This document shows positions 28,801-38,524 of a stretch of DNA of 64,000 bases, piece after piece. The translations under genes were made by a program, and so were the position numbers. Source of the DNA: a virus; IMG/VR virus record IMGVR_UViG_3300043436_003324. One strand, written 5' to 3'. The notes under the pieces were generated by a model. That model did no database searches, was not told the origin of the DNA, and saw only the letters and a program-made list of their open reading frames with translations. How positions within the stretch are numbered: position 1 is the first letter of the stretch; each line of letters starts with the position of its first letter.

Positions 28801-30727
28801 TGATGATGTTACTTCGACTGACCCTACAAATCAAAATAACGTAAATCAAAGTTCTCCTGACCAAGTTAATTCTCAAGCAGTTAAACCACAACCAAATACA
28901 GACATTCAAGATAAACTTAAACAGGCTATAGGTAAAAAATTAATAAGAAGATTATTAACTGAATGTGATTATTTTGAATTATTGAAAGAAAGTGACCCAA
29001 TGGTCCTTGAAACTTTAAAAGATAAATTAAAGTTCTTCAACCCGGCATTTCACTCAATGACACCTGAAGGATTAAATTCAAGACTTACGTTTTTAAATCA
29101 ATGTGTTAGACCTGGTCAAACAATTCCTGTTATTGGAAGTGATGGTAGACCAAAATATGATGATGCGTTAAATACAACATTTGGGGCCCCACCTGTTTTA
29201 GTAATTAGAGTTGGAGATTTCTACCATACTAAGGCAATACCCGGAAGTTTATCTATAACTTATGAAGCACCATTTTTTGATATAAACCCTGAAGGTATTG
29301 GTATACAACCAATGGTTGTTAAGGTTAGTTTGGATCTTAAATTTATTGGAGGACACGGATTGGCAAGACCAATAGAAAGTTTACAAAATGCATTGTCGTT
29401 TAATTTTTATGCAAATACAGAAATGTATGATGAAAGGGCGGAAGAAACTGAACTTAACTACGCTTTAGTGGAGTTGGTTGATAAGGCTATTGCAAATGCA
29501 ACAGTTAATAATGAACAAACTAATGATGGTGGAGATACTATAGGTTCGGTATTAACAACAATTAAAAGTGGGGATACTGAAAGTGGGGATATTGATTATA
29601 CAAAAATTTACACACAATTGGCAGATCAAACTAGAGATTATATTAATGTTAGTACAAACCAATATAATACTATTGTAGATCAATTTAATTATAGTATGTT
29701 ACAGTTAGTAACTTTTGAAAGGAATTATTCTTCAGGGAATACAATAATTAATACCGCAAGTAAAATTGATACAAAACTTTATGGGAAACCAAATGAGTTT
29801 GAAAAAAGAATAAATAAACTAAGTTCTAAAATAAAAGAAGATATAGATAATGAAACAAATTCGTTAATAAGCTCTTTTAAAGAAATTTTATCTTTATCTG
29901 GTCAAGAAAATATAATTAGAGACACTAAAAGGAAATTAAAGGCCTATGTAGAAAGTGTTGAAAAAGAAATTATAAGAGATTTAGCACAACCAATAAATAC
30001 TATAACCGATAATGAACAAAACCTAATAAAGACTTTTAACAAACTTAATGTTGTCACAACAAAAAAATTAGGAAACGTAGAACCAATAACAGGTATTGAT
30101 GGTAAAATTTTACCTGACGGTAATGTTAAGATATATAACTTAACAGGTGATACTACAGTATTTGAGAAAATGATAACAGATTATTTAACAGTCGCCAAAA
30201 AATTAAATGATTATGCGATTGAAAAAAGTGATTTAAAAATAATACCATTACCTAATGAAAAATTTTATGATAATGAAAATTGTTTTGAAATAACAGACTA
30301 TTCCCTTTCTGAATTAGATAAAGACGAAGATAAACGTTTATACACATTATTATCACAAACATTTACAAATAAAGATAAATATGAACTATTGTTTATAGAA
30401 TTTGTCTCAACCCCCGAAATAGAAGCCATATCAGGAGCAAAGGCCGATCTAACAAAAAAATATGACGCTTTAAGGGTGAATTTTGAGGAGGCTTACGGTA
30501 GGGATAAAGAAAAAATGACACAAGATTCTAACGATAATATTCTTAAAGAATTAAAAACTTTTAAATTTGAGGATAATGTGAATAGAAGATTAAAATATGA
30601 AACACAACCATTAGATAGTAATGATAGTTTATCTAAAGATAAGAAAACTCAAATCACTCAAATATATGGTCAAACAAATTGGGACAATAAAAAAGATACC
30701 TTTGATGGTAAAGTTAAATTAAATTAA
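25883..30727 (+). CDS. Large baseplate/tube-initiator protein (two tube-fold, gp48/gp54-like segments)
   Basis: 1614 aa. Segments RIMWFPPYD..F......F..LGRPEPIYTY..T.R...L.FKIVVD and FFNPAFHS..LNSRLTFL..APPVLVIRVGDF..SLSITYE..P....V.L....IGG resemble tube-initiator domains. It sits after the tape measure. Confidence 0.55.
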   Translation: MPESSLSFNNSSDFRNSLVSRTLPPYNVSGAFSAPLGPQNFEETLSDYSNVNLPNIGSTNVADEFYTLNKYGPNGGFVNTIGLQQDPIIPATNAGEYNPSETNLDIVNEFFIDSAYSKNKYGPIGGFNEMFDVTEFLLANQVHQPYFDPIFFTPSKYDPYLLYTQSNPIGSDGSLSSDSYLMRLSATKLETNFNANVAAEEQRQLFRETNTNLTSPSALAGSGLGGSRDYRITIPSSTITFLDRLRGDFSPGSPLVGPLFIDEDSNRNPSTGNQIANVLQNTAAGSFNLLADGSSRFLQPSKRLLEQTGAGQISTLYSLLNKNLYRPSYEIGGLGNVAIAGVNSILRAVGATVSGGYYIGSDINNPEYITSPVNAVPVNSYGKLTNAIVFGPDEMGNQFEGNGMEEAKFGLNSIASENGGKPDGGFVWTSPRFKEAAGYKVKQGGDLVSQDGDFNQISSSYLFNESTNFGLKQGSILDNTQRLVNSADNLLGKRRLKHAGNAINQVSKVFHDGYKEITKGSKVMSYVDNSTGEEAGIEYCRIFTKDTPYYTFNDLQKSEGITTENRRFSYSVLDKTYNLNIAPIKGIGSTNVTSKGAKKYMISIENLAWRTSDRPGFTVDELPLCERGPNGGRIMWFPPYDVEFSDGSTANFDEIPFLGRPEPIYTYKNTTRTGKLGFKIVVDHPSIMNLLVNKQLEKLGKEKFDNVVKSFIAGCTKYDLYELAAKFNTLPLRELEMYQNLLNDPRLTPEELAQIQNEIPAENTSPENANTIGNTPEEEKNFSLNYEGLGFYFGPETTNFNFEQQVTKYISDVSTITALSPVECLIQGNTNATYLKSNTESFIKTIVQTNYDSINNDFISGIRSIVSNKNIVDIKIEGKTIEFAESAKTFLSEKLKSEIDNKKLTISASGGLSKITIKNYFDSNQPQNGQDFNTNQTIVAPLSSTINLTQKEILYSYPNLAVNAAIVSKITIVDDVTSTDPTNQNNVNQSSPDQVNSQAVKPQPNTDIQDKLKQAIGKKLIRRLLTECDYFELLKESDPMVLETLKDKLKFFNPAFHSMTPEGLNSRLTFLNQCVRPGQTIPVIGSDGRPKYDDALNTTFGAPPVLVIRVGDFYHTKAIPGSLSITYEAPFFDINPEGIGIQPMVVKVSLDLKFIGGHGLARPIESLQNALSFNFYANTEMYDERAEETELNYALVELVDKAIANATVNNEQTNDGGDTIGSVLTTIKSGDTESGDIDYTKIYTQLADQTRDYINVSTNQYNTIVDQFNYSMLQLVTFERNYSSGNTIINTASKIDTKLYGKPNEFEKRINKLSSKIKEDIDNETNSLISSFKEILSLSGQENIIRDTKRKLKAYVESVEKEIIRDLAQPINTITDNEQNLIKTFNKLNVVTTKKLGNVEPITGIDGKILPDGNVKIYNLTGDTTVFEKMITDYLTVAKKLNDYAIEKSDLKIIPLPNEKFYDNENCFEITDYSLSELDKDEDKRLYTLLSQTFTNKDKYELLFIEFVSTPEIEAISGAKADLTKKYDALRVNFEEAYGRDKEKMTQDSNDNILKELKTFKFEDNVNRRLKYETQPLDSNDSLSKDKKTQITQIYGQTNWDNKKDTFDGKVKLN

Positions 30728-30728
30728 T

Positions 30729-31052
30729 ATGGGATTACAATATTATAATAGGTATAACCAATTTTTAATTAATGGAGAACAAAATATTGTTCCTTTTGTA
30801 AAATTAGATACAAAACCGTCAGATAAGAACTATATTTATAAAGTCGGACAATCTAGACTTGACAAGATATCACAACAATATTATGGAACACCATTTTTTG
30901 GTTGGTTGGTATTAGCAGCAAATCCTCAGTTTGGGGGTGAAGAATGGAATATTCCTGACGGATCAATTTTACGTGTACCTTTCCCTTTAGTTGGTTCACT
31001 ACAAGATTATAAAAATACGATAGAAAATTATTACTTTTATTATGGCGATTGA
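30729..31052 (+). CDS. LysM-like baseplate protein (P2 gpX / T4 gp53-like)
   Basis: YKVGQSRLDKISQQYYGTPFFGWLVLAANP...IPDGSILRVP. Confidence 0.8.
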   Translation: MGLQYYNRYNQFLINGEQNIVPFVKLDTKPSDKNYIYKVGQSRLDKISQQYYGTPFFGWLVLAANPQFGGEEWNIPDGSILRVPFPLVGSLQDYKNTIENYYFYYGD

Positions 31053-34000
31053 AAATGAAAATATTTTAGTAGACTTTGATTACCAGAATATAATAATTAT
31101 AGATCCCAATAAAATTATAGATAACGACGGTAATGTAAAAGAACGTGCAGTTAAACATGAAAATTTGGTAATGTATGCAAATTTAGAGTGTAAGGTTTTA
31201 CCAAGAACAAAATTAATTATTGGGACAACACCTGACACAACAGACTTACAAAACTTATCAATAGCAACTATTAATTTTTTAAACCCTGGAAATAAAAAAT
31301 TTTTAGATAATTCATATACAGATCAAATTACAGGTAAAGGGGCTTTACAAGGACAAGGAGTTAACCAAGCAAATCAAACTGCGGTAAAAAACCCTAAAAA
31401 CTCAAATGAGTTTTATTTAAATCAAACTTTTTTAAGTGAAGGTAAAAATCAAACAACAGACACTGGTTTATTAGGGATTAGAAGTATTAAAGTTAGTACT
31501 GAAACAAGTTTAAGAACTGAAGTGTCAATTTCACTAATTGATGTTAGAGGAAGAGCATTATTTGAATTAGCAGATAATTCGCCCTATGCGGTCTTTTTCC
31601 AATTTCCATACCCACCATTTACCTTAACTTTAAAAGGGTGGTATGGAAAGGCAATTAGATATAAATTACAGTTATCCGATTTTAAAAGTAGATTTGATGC
31701 CGAATCAGGAAGTTTTAATATAGACCTAAAATTTCAACCATATCAATTTACAGTATTAAATGAGATTAAACTTTCCGATACATTAGCATTACCTCACATG
31801 TATGAGGCAAATGCAACTGTAACCTCAACACCAAATGTTGCTACCCAAAATAGTGTTGCATCAAGTGCAAAATTAACAAGAGGATATCAAAAGATAAGGG
31901 AGGTTTACAAAGAGTATAAAAAGAAAAAATTGATGGATGAAAATATGCCTGAATATACTGTTTATGAGTTTAAAGAAAAACTTAAAACGTTTATTACGGA
32001 CATATTAAATAACTATCAAAATCAAGAATCTTTAAGTGCTTTAACTAATTCTGAATTATATCTTAACCAATTAACAGAGTTTAAAAATGAAATATATTAT
32101 AACAAAGATTCTTGGTATAATCAAAATTTATATATACAAGGACCGTTAGTATTAACATCTTATACTTCTAATAACACTGTTAGTTTTGTAAAAAATTATA
32201 AATTTAAGAAAGAAATAGTGACAGGTGGATTAACGGCCACGACTTTAAATAAATTACAAAGTATAATATCCGATAATTTAAAAAAATTAGGAGATAACCC
32301 CACCTTTGGTTCTAGTGCTACCGCAAATTATACTATTGCGGGAAAAACAACAGTATCGACAATACCACTTAATATTAAATTAGAAGATTTTTATTATGAC
32401 AAAAACGATAGTATATTAACAACTAGTGATCCTATAGATTATAAACAATCCTACCAATTTATCTATAATACCTCACCAACAGGAGATACCGATCCTAATT
32501 TTGTTAAATATAAGACAGAAATCGCGGCTCAATTACCGACAGAAAATTATTTTATTTTTGATGGTATAAGTGAGGGAGATAAAAGTTTTATTGAAAAAAT
32601 TAATGATTTAGAAAAACAGTTAAAAACTAAAAAAACTGAAATAGAACAAGAATTAACAAACGCACTTAAAGATACTTTAGAATTAAATCTTGGGTTTAAA
32701 CCGACCATAAAAAACATGGCCGGAGTTTTGTTAGCCAATTCAGAAGCGTTTTTAAGAATTTTGGATGAGGTCCATAAAAGTGCTTGGAACAAAAGAGACG
32801 ACCCAACAAGGAGAAGGGCGATAATAGATAGTGTATCTAACAGTACTTCAGTTGATAGACCTAAGATTGCAAGATCTAACTCCCCTGTTTTTCCTTGGCC
32901 ACAATTTATCGTGGAAGACAATTCTAATCCGAGTAAAACAACTTATCAATTAAAATACCCCGGAGACTATCCCGCAGAAACAGGATCAAACGATTATAAT
33001 ATTTGGCCCGAAGTTGAATTTGTGGAAGAGTACCTTTATGGGTTCACACAAAGGAATGCTCAAACTAATTTTATAACAACACAGAACCAAAAAGTTAATT
33101 TACCATACACAACTTTAAACTCTATTGAGTATCCGATAACTTTTGAAATATTCTCAAGTACTGAAGATGTTAAATTTATATATGAAATATATGAAAGAGT
33201 TTTAACCTACGCCTTTTATTCTAAATTAAATAGGGGTGGTAGTAATGAAAATAGTATCTATAAAGTTATAATAGATATGGAAGCCGAGAATATAAAAAAT
33301 TCTTTAGGTACAGACAATCCATTTTTAATTGAACTTTTAAAGAACTATAATTTTAATGCAAGAAACTTTGAATTAATATTAAAACACATCTCAAATGAGG
33401 GTAATGGGGAAAGTTGGCAAAATTTTAGAAGAGGGATTTATAATACTTCATATCTTAAAAGTGTAACTGAAACCCCATTCTATTTATCTTCATATGAACC
33501 ACCATCACAACCTGTTCTTGGAAATTCAACAGACGTTGGTAACTTTCTAAACTCAACAAAAAATAATGAGTTTGATAGAACAGACATTTATCCGTATGTT
33601 AACGTTGATTGGGTAAATAAAAATTTAGCAAACTCACTTAGTGTTAGTGGAGACACTAAATTAGCATTTAATACTAATAAATCAATTTTTTATAATACGA
33701 CAATAGTCCAAACTGCCAACTTTAAAGATAATAGCGATTCTAATTTTGTTAGACCATTTACATATTTTAACAATAATGGAGTTACAGACCCAACAATAAA
33801 TTTAACCACAAAACAAAGTTTATATAATTTTTATGAAGAAAGAAGTAAAAAATATGAAAAACAATTTTTAACGGAAGGAACAGTAAATTATGTTGAGTAT
33901 GATAACGAATTGTTATATAACCAAACAACATCAATGTTAAATACCCCATATTTTGTTAACTCAATTTCAAAAGGGGTTGAAAATTTTAGAAATAATAATT

Positions 34001-37000
34001 TATATCCTTATAAAGAAGCGGCATATTTGTTTTTAAATTCATTACCACTAACAACTTTAAGGGAAAAATATAAAAAACTTGACGGTACCGCAACAACTGA
34101 TTTGGATTATATGTTTGCCACTTTTAAAAAATTTGGGTCAGTACATAGATTACCATACGCTTGGGTTTTAAAGTACGGATCAATATGGCACAGATATAAA
34201 AGTTGGATTGATAATGGATTTGATTTTATGACAACCCCTTGGGATAATTTTGACTACACAACAAATTTTGACCCAATAACTCAAAACGTATCAAAGATAT
34301 ATAACTTATCTGGATACACCACAGTTACAACCGCTAATACCGAAGTATCGTTACAAAGAGATATTACATCAGGATTTTTAACTGCAACTCAAATGAATGT
34401 AGGGTTTTACCCAAAACTTATTAATGATTTGAATGTTTTTTATAATGGGTTAACCCTATTTGAAAACTATACTGATTTAGAAATACAAGAAAATATTGAC
34501 AGTAAAAAATTGTATTTAAATTTATCCGATAACTCATTAATGAATTATGATTTTGGGTTTGATGATGCGGACCCTAATAGAGCTTTAAAGATTTCTACGT
34601 TATCAACAATGATTAAGGAGGATTCAGGATCAAATTATTTTATTACCCCATCATTTGGATCTAGTTTTAATCAAACAAAATATGAATGTTTTAGTGGTCC
34701 ACAAGGTCAAGAAAAATTAAAAGTTGAGGTAAAAAATAATCCTGCGGTTTTTAACGGATCTGTTAGAATGTTTTGGGCGTTACCAAATTACGGGTATTTT
34801 GATAATAATAGATTAGGAATTAATTCACCAGATGAGTACCTAAAAAGTATTATTCTTGATGAGTCAAAACAACAAAACTTTTTAATAGACGGAGACGTTA
34901 CAAAATATACAAAAATAGACGAAATATTTTCTATTTTTGAAAAGAGAGTTTTAGATTTATTCGAAGAACACTTTTTAAATTTTTCTAAATCAAAATATGA
35001 CTATACCAACATAATAAAAACACCACAGGGAACCCCATCAGCTGAAGATTCGGTTTTAATAAAGTATAGGAACTTTCAATTATTAGCAACTGAATTATTT
35101 AAAGTACCTGAATCGGTTTTTATAAGTGAAAATATAAGTGACAACGCAATTACCGCAATTAAAGATAAACAATTAGAATTAGTTTATGATTTACTTAATA
35201 AATTTATAAATTACGATCTATTGTTTGATAATGGTAATCCTTCTTTTTACAATAAAAGAGTATTTTATAGTTTAACTAGTTTACCTTTGGTGGACAAGAT
35301 AGTACCTAAATCCTATAATTTAGATACCCCATATTCTTTACCGTCATTAAACGGTACGACTACTTTAGCCCAATCACAGAATGCCTATCCTGATGAGTGG
35401 AGAGCTTTAGAGACCTATGTTGGGTTCTCAACAATACCTCAGTTAGAATATACAAATATAGGATCATTTATCACCGATTTCTTTATTGATCTTGATATAT
35501 CATTTTCTGTTGATAACATTAGAGATTTTGCCCCATTAATTAAAATATACGCAACACAAAAATTAAATGATAATACGTTTAATGAGTTTAAATTTAGAGA
35601 ATTATTAAATAGTCATTTTGAAAGTTGTAATTTGTTTAAGAATGATATTATAAACACATTAATGCCTGAAGTCCTTAAAAACTTACCTTCACAGGTTATT
35701 ACCCCACAACCAAATAGGGCGAATTATACTGGAAATATTGGTAGAATTGAGACTTGGGAAAAAATGAAGGCATTTAACGATAAATGGATTGCGGGAAATG
35801 ATTATAAAGAAAATTCTCTTTTTGAAGACTTTTTATTTATAGATAGGGCATCAAGAAATATTGCAGGTGAAGTTTATTGTGATGTAGTTGCTTGGAAAGA
35901 TAAACTTGAAGAATCTATTTTAAAAACCCCTGATAGACCACTTTGGCAAATATTAAGAGAACTAATAGAGGCGAGTGGATTTACCGTTTTGGATTACGCC
36001 GGATATGTTAATTATTATGATGTAAATGATATATCAGTAAGACCAAACCCATCTAATCAAGGATCAACGTCAATTGCTAATGATATTTTTGGTACATTCT
36101 TAAATGTTGATTTTAGAAATTCTAAAAGTAAAATGGTTTGTACTTTTGCAAATGAATCAAGTAAGAATTTAGATATCCCTAATAGTGACTTTAGAAACGA
36201 CGTATTCCAAATTAATAGACAATCCGAAAACCCATTATTGGAAAATCAAAGTAAAAAACAAGATTGGGGTCAGTCTAATAAATTAGTTGCTTTTAATATG
36301 GATGTTGGTAGATTTAATCAAGGTATATTTACAAGTTTTGACATTAATATGAATTCAGGTCAAAAAACCGCAGAAGAAATAAGAATGTTAGAATATACCG
36401 CAAATCAGGCGGGAGGTATTAATGTTACTCCACAAAGTCAATCAATGTATAATTTTTACAAATATAGAGTATATACTTGTGATGTCTCAATGTTAGGTAA
36501 TGCTTTAATACAACCAAAAATGTATTTTAACCTAAGAAATGTCCCCATGTTCTCAGGACCATACCAAATACAAAGTGTTTCACACTCTATTGGACCTGGA
36601 AGTTTTACAACATCTTTTTCAGGAACAAGACAACCCGTTTATGAGATATCGGCTCAAGATTCATATCTACAAACAATATATAAGAATTTTGTTACACCAC
36701 TTTTAAATAAAGTTAAAAATACAACAAGTGCAAATATAACAACAAACATAATTGGACAACAAAATAGTAAAATGAATACTGTTAACGGACCTAATACCCC
36801 AAGTTCAAATCAATGTGGTCAATTCTTAGTTTCTCCGTTTGATGTATTTAACTACTCCGCATCAACCCAAACAGTAATTTCTGAAGCAAGTATTGTTGAC
36901 ACAATTAAAACAACCGTAAATAGTAAATTACCATTAGGTAACCAAAATACTGCATTAAGATATTATATATTCATAATCGGATATATTGCTAATTATGATG

Positions 37001-37437
37001 GAACCACATTTAAAGTGAACTCAAATAATTTTGGAAATATACCTTTAAATCAATCACATTTAGGTGATAATGATTTATATATATCAGGAGTAACAAATAG
37101 TTACTATTGTCAAAGTAGTGGTAATGGGCAAATAATACCAACCGCGGCGTTTAGCTCGGTAACAAATCCAATTACAGTTTTAGTTAATAAATTTTTAAGT
37201 TTGGCTAAAAATCCTAATGGAGATACTTTCCTTTCTAATTTAACTACCGCCCAATTAACCACAAATCCAGCATTATTACCAATCGCCCAAGGGTTTGGTA
37301 AATTATATATTACCACATGGCCTAATCTTGTTGATGATAATGTGTACTTACAATTACAACCATCTGATCAAACATCATTAAACAATAAAATAATAAGTGC
37401 GATTAATAGGGCTAATGGATTAGGATTAGGTGCATAA
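31042..37437 (+). CDS. Giant baseplate hub protein (gp27 / gpD / VgrG-like scaffold with large insertions)
   Basis: 2131 aa. N-terminal LLGIRSI.V..ISLIDVRG.ALF..FTLTLKGWYG and late MLGNALIQP.MYFNL.NVPMFSGPYQI.SVSHSI...F.T.FSG.R motifs are typical of hub proteins. It follows the LysM gene. Confidence 0.6.
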   Translation: MAIENENILVDFDYQNIIIIDPNKIIDNDGNVKERAVKHENLVMYANLECKVLPRTKLIIGTTPDTTDLQNLSIATINFLNPGNKKFLDNSYTDQITGKGALQGQGVNQANQTAVKNPKNSNEFYLNQTFLSEGKNQTTDTGLLGIRSIKVSTETSLRTEVSISLIDVRGRALFELADNSPYAVFFQFPYPPFTLTLKGWYGKAIRYKLQLSDFKSRFDAESGSFNIDLKFQPYQFTVLNEIKLSDTLALPHMYEANATVTSTPNVATQNSVASSAKLTRGYQKIREVYKEYKKKKLMDENMPEYTVYEFKEKLKTFITDILNNYQNQESLSALTNSELYLNQLTEFKNEIYYNKDSWYNQNLYIQGPLVLTSYTSNNTVSFVKNYKFKKEIVTGGLTATTLNKLQSIISDNLKKLGDNPTFGSSATANYTIAGKTTVSTIPLNIKLEDFYYDKNDSILTTSDPIDYKQSYQFIYNTSPTGDTDPNFVKYKTEIAAQLPTENYFIFDGISEGDKSFIEKINDLEKQLKTKKTEIEQELTNALKDTLELNLGFKPTIKNMAGVLLANSEAFLRILDEVHKSAWNKRDDPTRRRAIIDSVSNSTSVDRPKIARSNSPVFPWPQFIVEDNSNPSKTTYQLKYPGDYPAETGSNDYNIWPEVEFVEEYLYGFTQRNAQTNFITTQNQKVNLPYTTLNSIEYPITFEIFSSTEDVKFIYEIYERVLTYAFYSKLNRGGSNENSIYKVIIDMEAENIKNSLGTDNPFLIELLKNYNFNARNFELILKHISNEGNGESWQNFRRGIYNTSYLKSVTETPFYLSSYEPPSQPVLGNSTDVGNFLNSTKNNEFDRTDIYPYVNVDWVNKNLANSLSVSGDTKLAFNTNKSIFYNTTIVQTANFKDNSDSNFVRPFTYFNNNGVTDPTINLTTKQSLYNFYEERSKKYEKQFLTEGTVNYVEYDNELLYNQTTSMLNTPYFVNSISKGVENFRNNNLYPYKEAAYLFLNSLPLTTLREKYKKLDGTATTDLDYMFATFKKFGSVHRLPYAWVLKYGSIWHRYKSWIDNGFDFMTTPWDNFDYTTNFDPITQNVSKIYNLSGYTTVTTANTEVSLQRDITSGFLTATQMNVGFYPKLINDLNVFYNGLTLFENYTDLEIQENIDSKKLYLNLSDNSLMNYDFGFDDADPNRALKISTLSTMIKEDSGSNYFITPSFGSSFNQTKYECFSGPQGQEKLKVEVKNNPAVFNGSVRMFWALPNYGYFDNNRLGINSPDEYLKSIILDESKQQNFLIDGDVTKYTKIDEIFSIFEKRVLDLFEEHFLNFSKSKYDYTNIIKTPQGTPSAEDSVLIKYRNFQLLATELFKVPESVFISENISDNAITAIKDKQLELVYDLLNKFINYDLLFDNGNPSFYNKRVFYSLTSLPLVDKIVPKSYNLDTPYSLPSLNGTTTLAQSQNAYPDEWRALETYVGFSTIPQLEYTNIGSFITDFFIDLDISFSVDNIRDFAPLIKIYATQKLNDNTFNEFKFRELLNSHFESCNLFKNDIINTLMPEVLKNLPSQVITPQPNRANYTGNIGRIETWEKMKAFNDKWIAGNDYKENSLFEDFLFIDRASRNIAGEVYCDVVAWKDKLEESILKTPDRPLWQILRELIEASGFTVLDYAGYVNYYDVNDISVRPNPSNQGSTSIANDIFGTFLNVDFRNSKSKMVCTFANESSKNLDIPNSDFRNDVFQINRQSENPLLENQSKKQDWGQSNKLVAFNMDVGRFNQGIFTSFDINMNSGQKTAEEIRMLEYTANQAGGINVTPQSQSMYNFYKYRVYTCDVSMLGNALIQPKMYFNLRNVPMFSGPYQIQSVSHSIGPGSFTTSFSGTRQPVYEISAQDSYLQTIYKNFVTPLLNKVKNTTSANITTNIIGQQNSKMNTVNGPNTPSSNQCGQFLVSPFDVFNYSASTQTVISEASIVDTIKTTVNSKLPLGNQNTALRYYIFIIGYIANYDGTTFKVNSNNFGNIPLNQSHLGDNDLYISGVTNSYYCQSSGNGQIIPTAAFSSVTNPITVLVNKFLSLAKNPNGDTFLSNLTTAQLTTNPALLPIAQGFGKLYITTWPNLVDDNVYLQLQPSDQTSLNNKIISAINRANGLGLGA

Positions 37438-37484
37438 TTTAAAACATTTACACCTAACGATATATTTATAATAAAATAATAACT

Positions 37485-37709
37485 ATGAATACAAAATTAA
37501 TTTTAGACAATTATTTGGGTAAAAACACCAAGATTTCTGAAAAAGATATGGGTGACGGAACCAAACAAGTTTGTGATTTAGAGACAAACGAATGTTATGT
37601 TGTAAGAATGAAAGATGGTCTTATAGAAAGAGTAGACAATACTATGAATAAATTTAAAAAAATCCAGGTAGAAACTAAAACTGGTATAAAAACATTATTA
37701 AACGGATAA
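37485..37709 (+). CDS. Hypothetical protein (74 aa)
   Basis: ORF with an upstream TATTTAT motif (37463-37469), coupled to the next gene. Confidence 0.7.
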   Translation: MNTKLILDNYLGKNTKISEKDMGDGTKQVCDLETNECYVVRMKDGLIERVDNTMNKFKKIQVETKTGIKTLLNG

Positions 37710-37710
37710 A

Positions 37711-38412
37711 ATGAGTATAGACAGAAAAATTTTAGAAGAAATTAGAAGGGTGAATTTTATCACTAATTATATAACAGAACAAGGGGCACCTGAAGATCCT
37801 TTGGCGGGTTTAGGTGGAGCACCGGAACCTGAAGATCCTTTGGCGGGTTTAGGTGGAGCACCTGCACCTGACGCAGGAGGATTACCCACACCTGACGCAG
37901 GAGCACCGGCACCTGACGCAGGAGGAGCACCGGCACCTGACGCAGGAGGAGCACCGGCACCTATTGATGTTGCGACAGATCCTGACGTTGAAGAAGTTGG
38001 TAAAGAAGGAGAAGAAGAAGGAGAAGAATTAGATATTACTGATTTAGTTACCGCACAAAAAAATATTGAGGATAAACAAGAAGAATATTTCCAAAACTTG
38101 TTTAAACAATTAGAGGGTATGGACTCTAAACTTAAAGAAATGGATGGACTAACAAATAGATTAACATCTATTGAAGATAAAATTGAAAAGTACAGACCTA
38201 AAACTCCACAAGAAAAATTAGAATTAAGAAGTTTAGATTCAGGACCATTCAAACAAAAACTATCTGATTTCTTTGTTGATAAACAACAAGAAATGGAACA
38301 ATCAGGAAAAAATGAATATATTTTAACTACAGATGAAGTAAAACAATATTCACCAAATCAAATCGAGGACACGTTTAATCAGTACGGCCAAGATGAAGAT
38401 GATATGATGTAA
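37711..38412 (+). CDS. Acidic protein with Pro/Ala/Gly repeat linker and coiled coil (233 aa)
   Basis: N-terminal RKILEEIRR, tandem repeats, then a coiled coil (LFKQLEGMDSKLKEMDGLTNRLTSIEDKIE). Confidence 0.75.
   Translation: MSIDRKILEEIRRVNFITNYITEQGAPEDPLAGLGGAPEPEDPLAGLGGAPAPDAGGLPTPDAGAPAPDAGGAPAPDAGGAPAPIDVATDPDVEEVGKEGEEEGEELDITDLVTAQKNIEDKQEEYFQNLFKQLEGMDSKLKEMDGLTNRLTSIEDKIEKYRPKTPQEKLELRSLDSGPFKQKLSDFFVDKQQEMEQSGKNEYILTTDEVKQYSPNQIEDTFNQYGQDEDDMM
37788..37960 (+). repeat. In-frame tandem repeats
   Basis: A 36-nt unit ACCTGAAGATCCTTTGGCGGGTTTAGGTGGAGCACC at 37788 and 37827 (39-nt period), plus a 24-nt unit GCACCTGACGCAGGAGGAGCACCG at 37909 and 37933 and partial copies. They encode (PEDPLAGLGGAP) x2 and (APDAGGAP)n. 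Confidence 0.9.
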
Positions 38413-38416
38413 CATT

Positions 38417-38453
38417 TTTGAGAGGGACATCAGTGTCTCTCTCAAATTTTTTT
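38417..38453 (+). terminator. Terminator ending the late cluster before the SSB gene
   Basis: TTTGAGAGGGACA-TCAG-TGTCTCTCTCAAA followed by TTTTTTT (13-bp stem, one G:U). Confidence 0.85.
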
Positions 38454-38463
38454 AAATACTTTA

Positions 38464-38492
38464 TTGACTACCCTATTTTTTATAACTATATT
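38464..38492 (+). promoter_or_regulatory. Sigma70-like promoter of the SSB-recombinase operon
   Basis: TTGACT (38464-38469), 17 nt, TATATT (38487-38492); same elements as at 6715-6743. Confidence 0.7.
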
Positions 38493-38524
38493 TTCTACGT
38501 AAACCTTTAATAAATATATACACA

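Noticed and set aside
36900-37437. Glucosaminidase/lysozyme-like domain at the hub C-terminus (NNFGNI...AFSS)
   Set aside because: Only a faint resemblance, with no recognisable catalytic Glu; not supportable without a profile search.
37788-37960. CRISPR-like direct repeats
   Set aside because: The units are in frame within a coding region and have no unique spacers; no cas genes are present.
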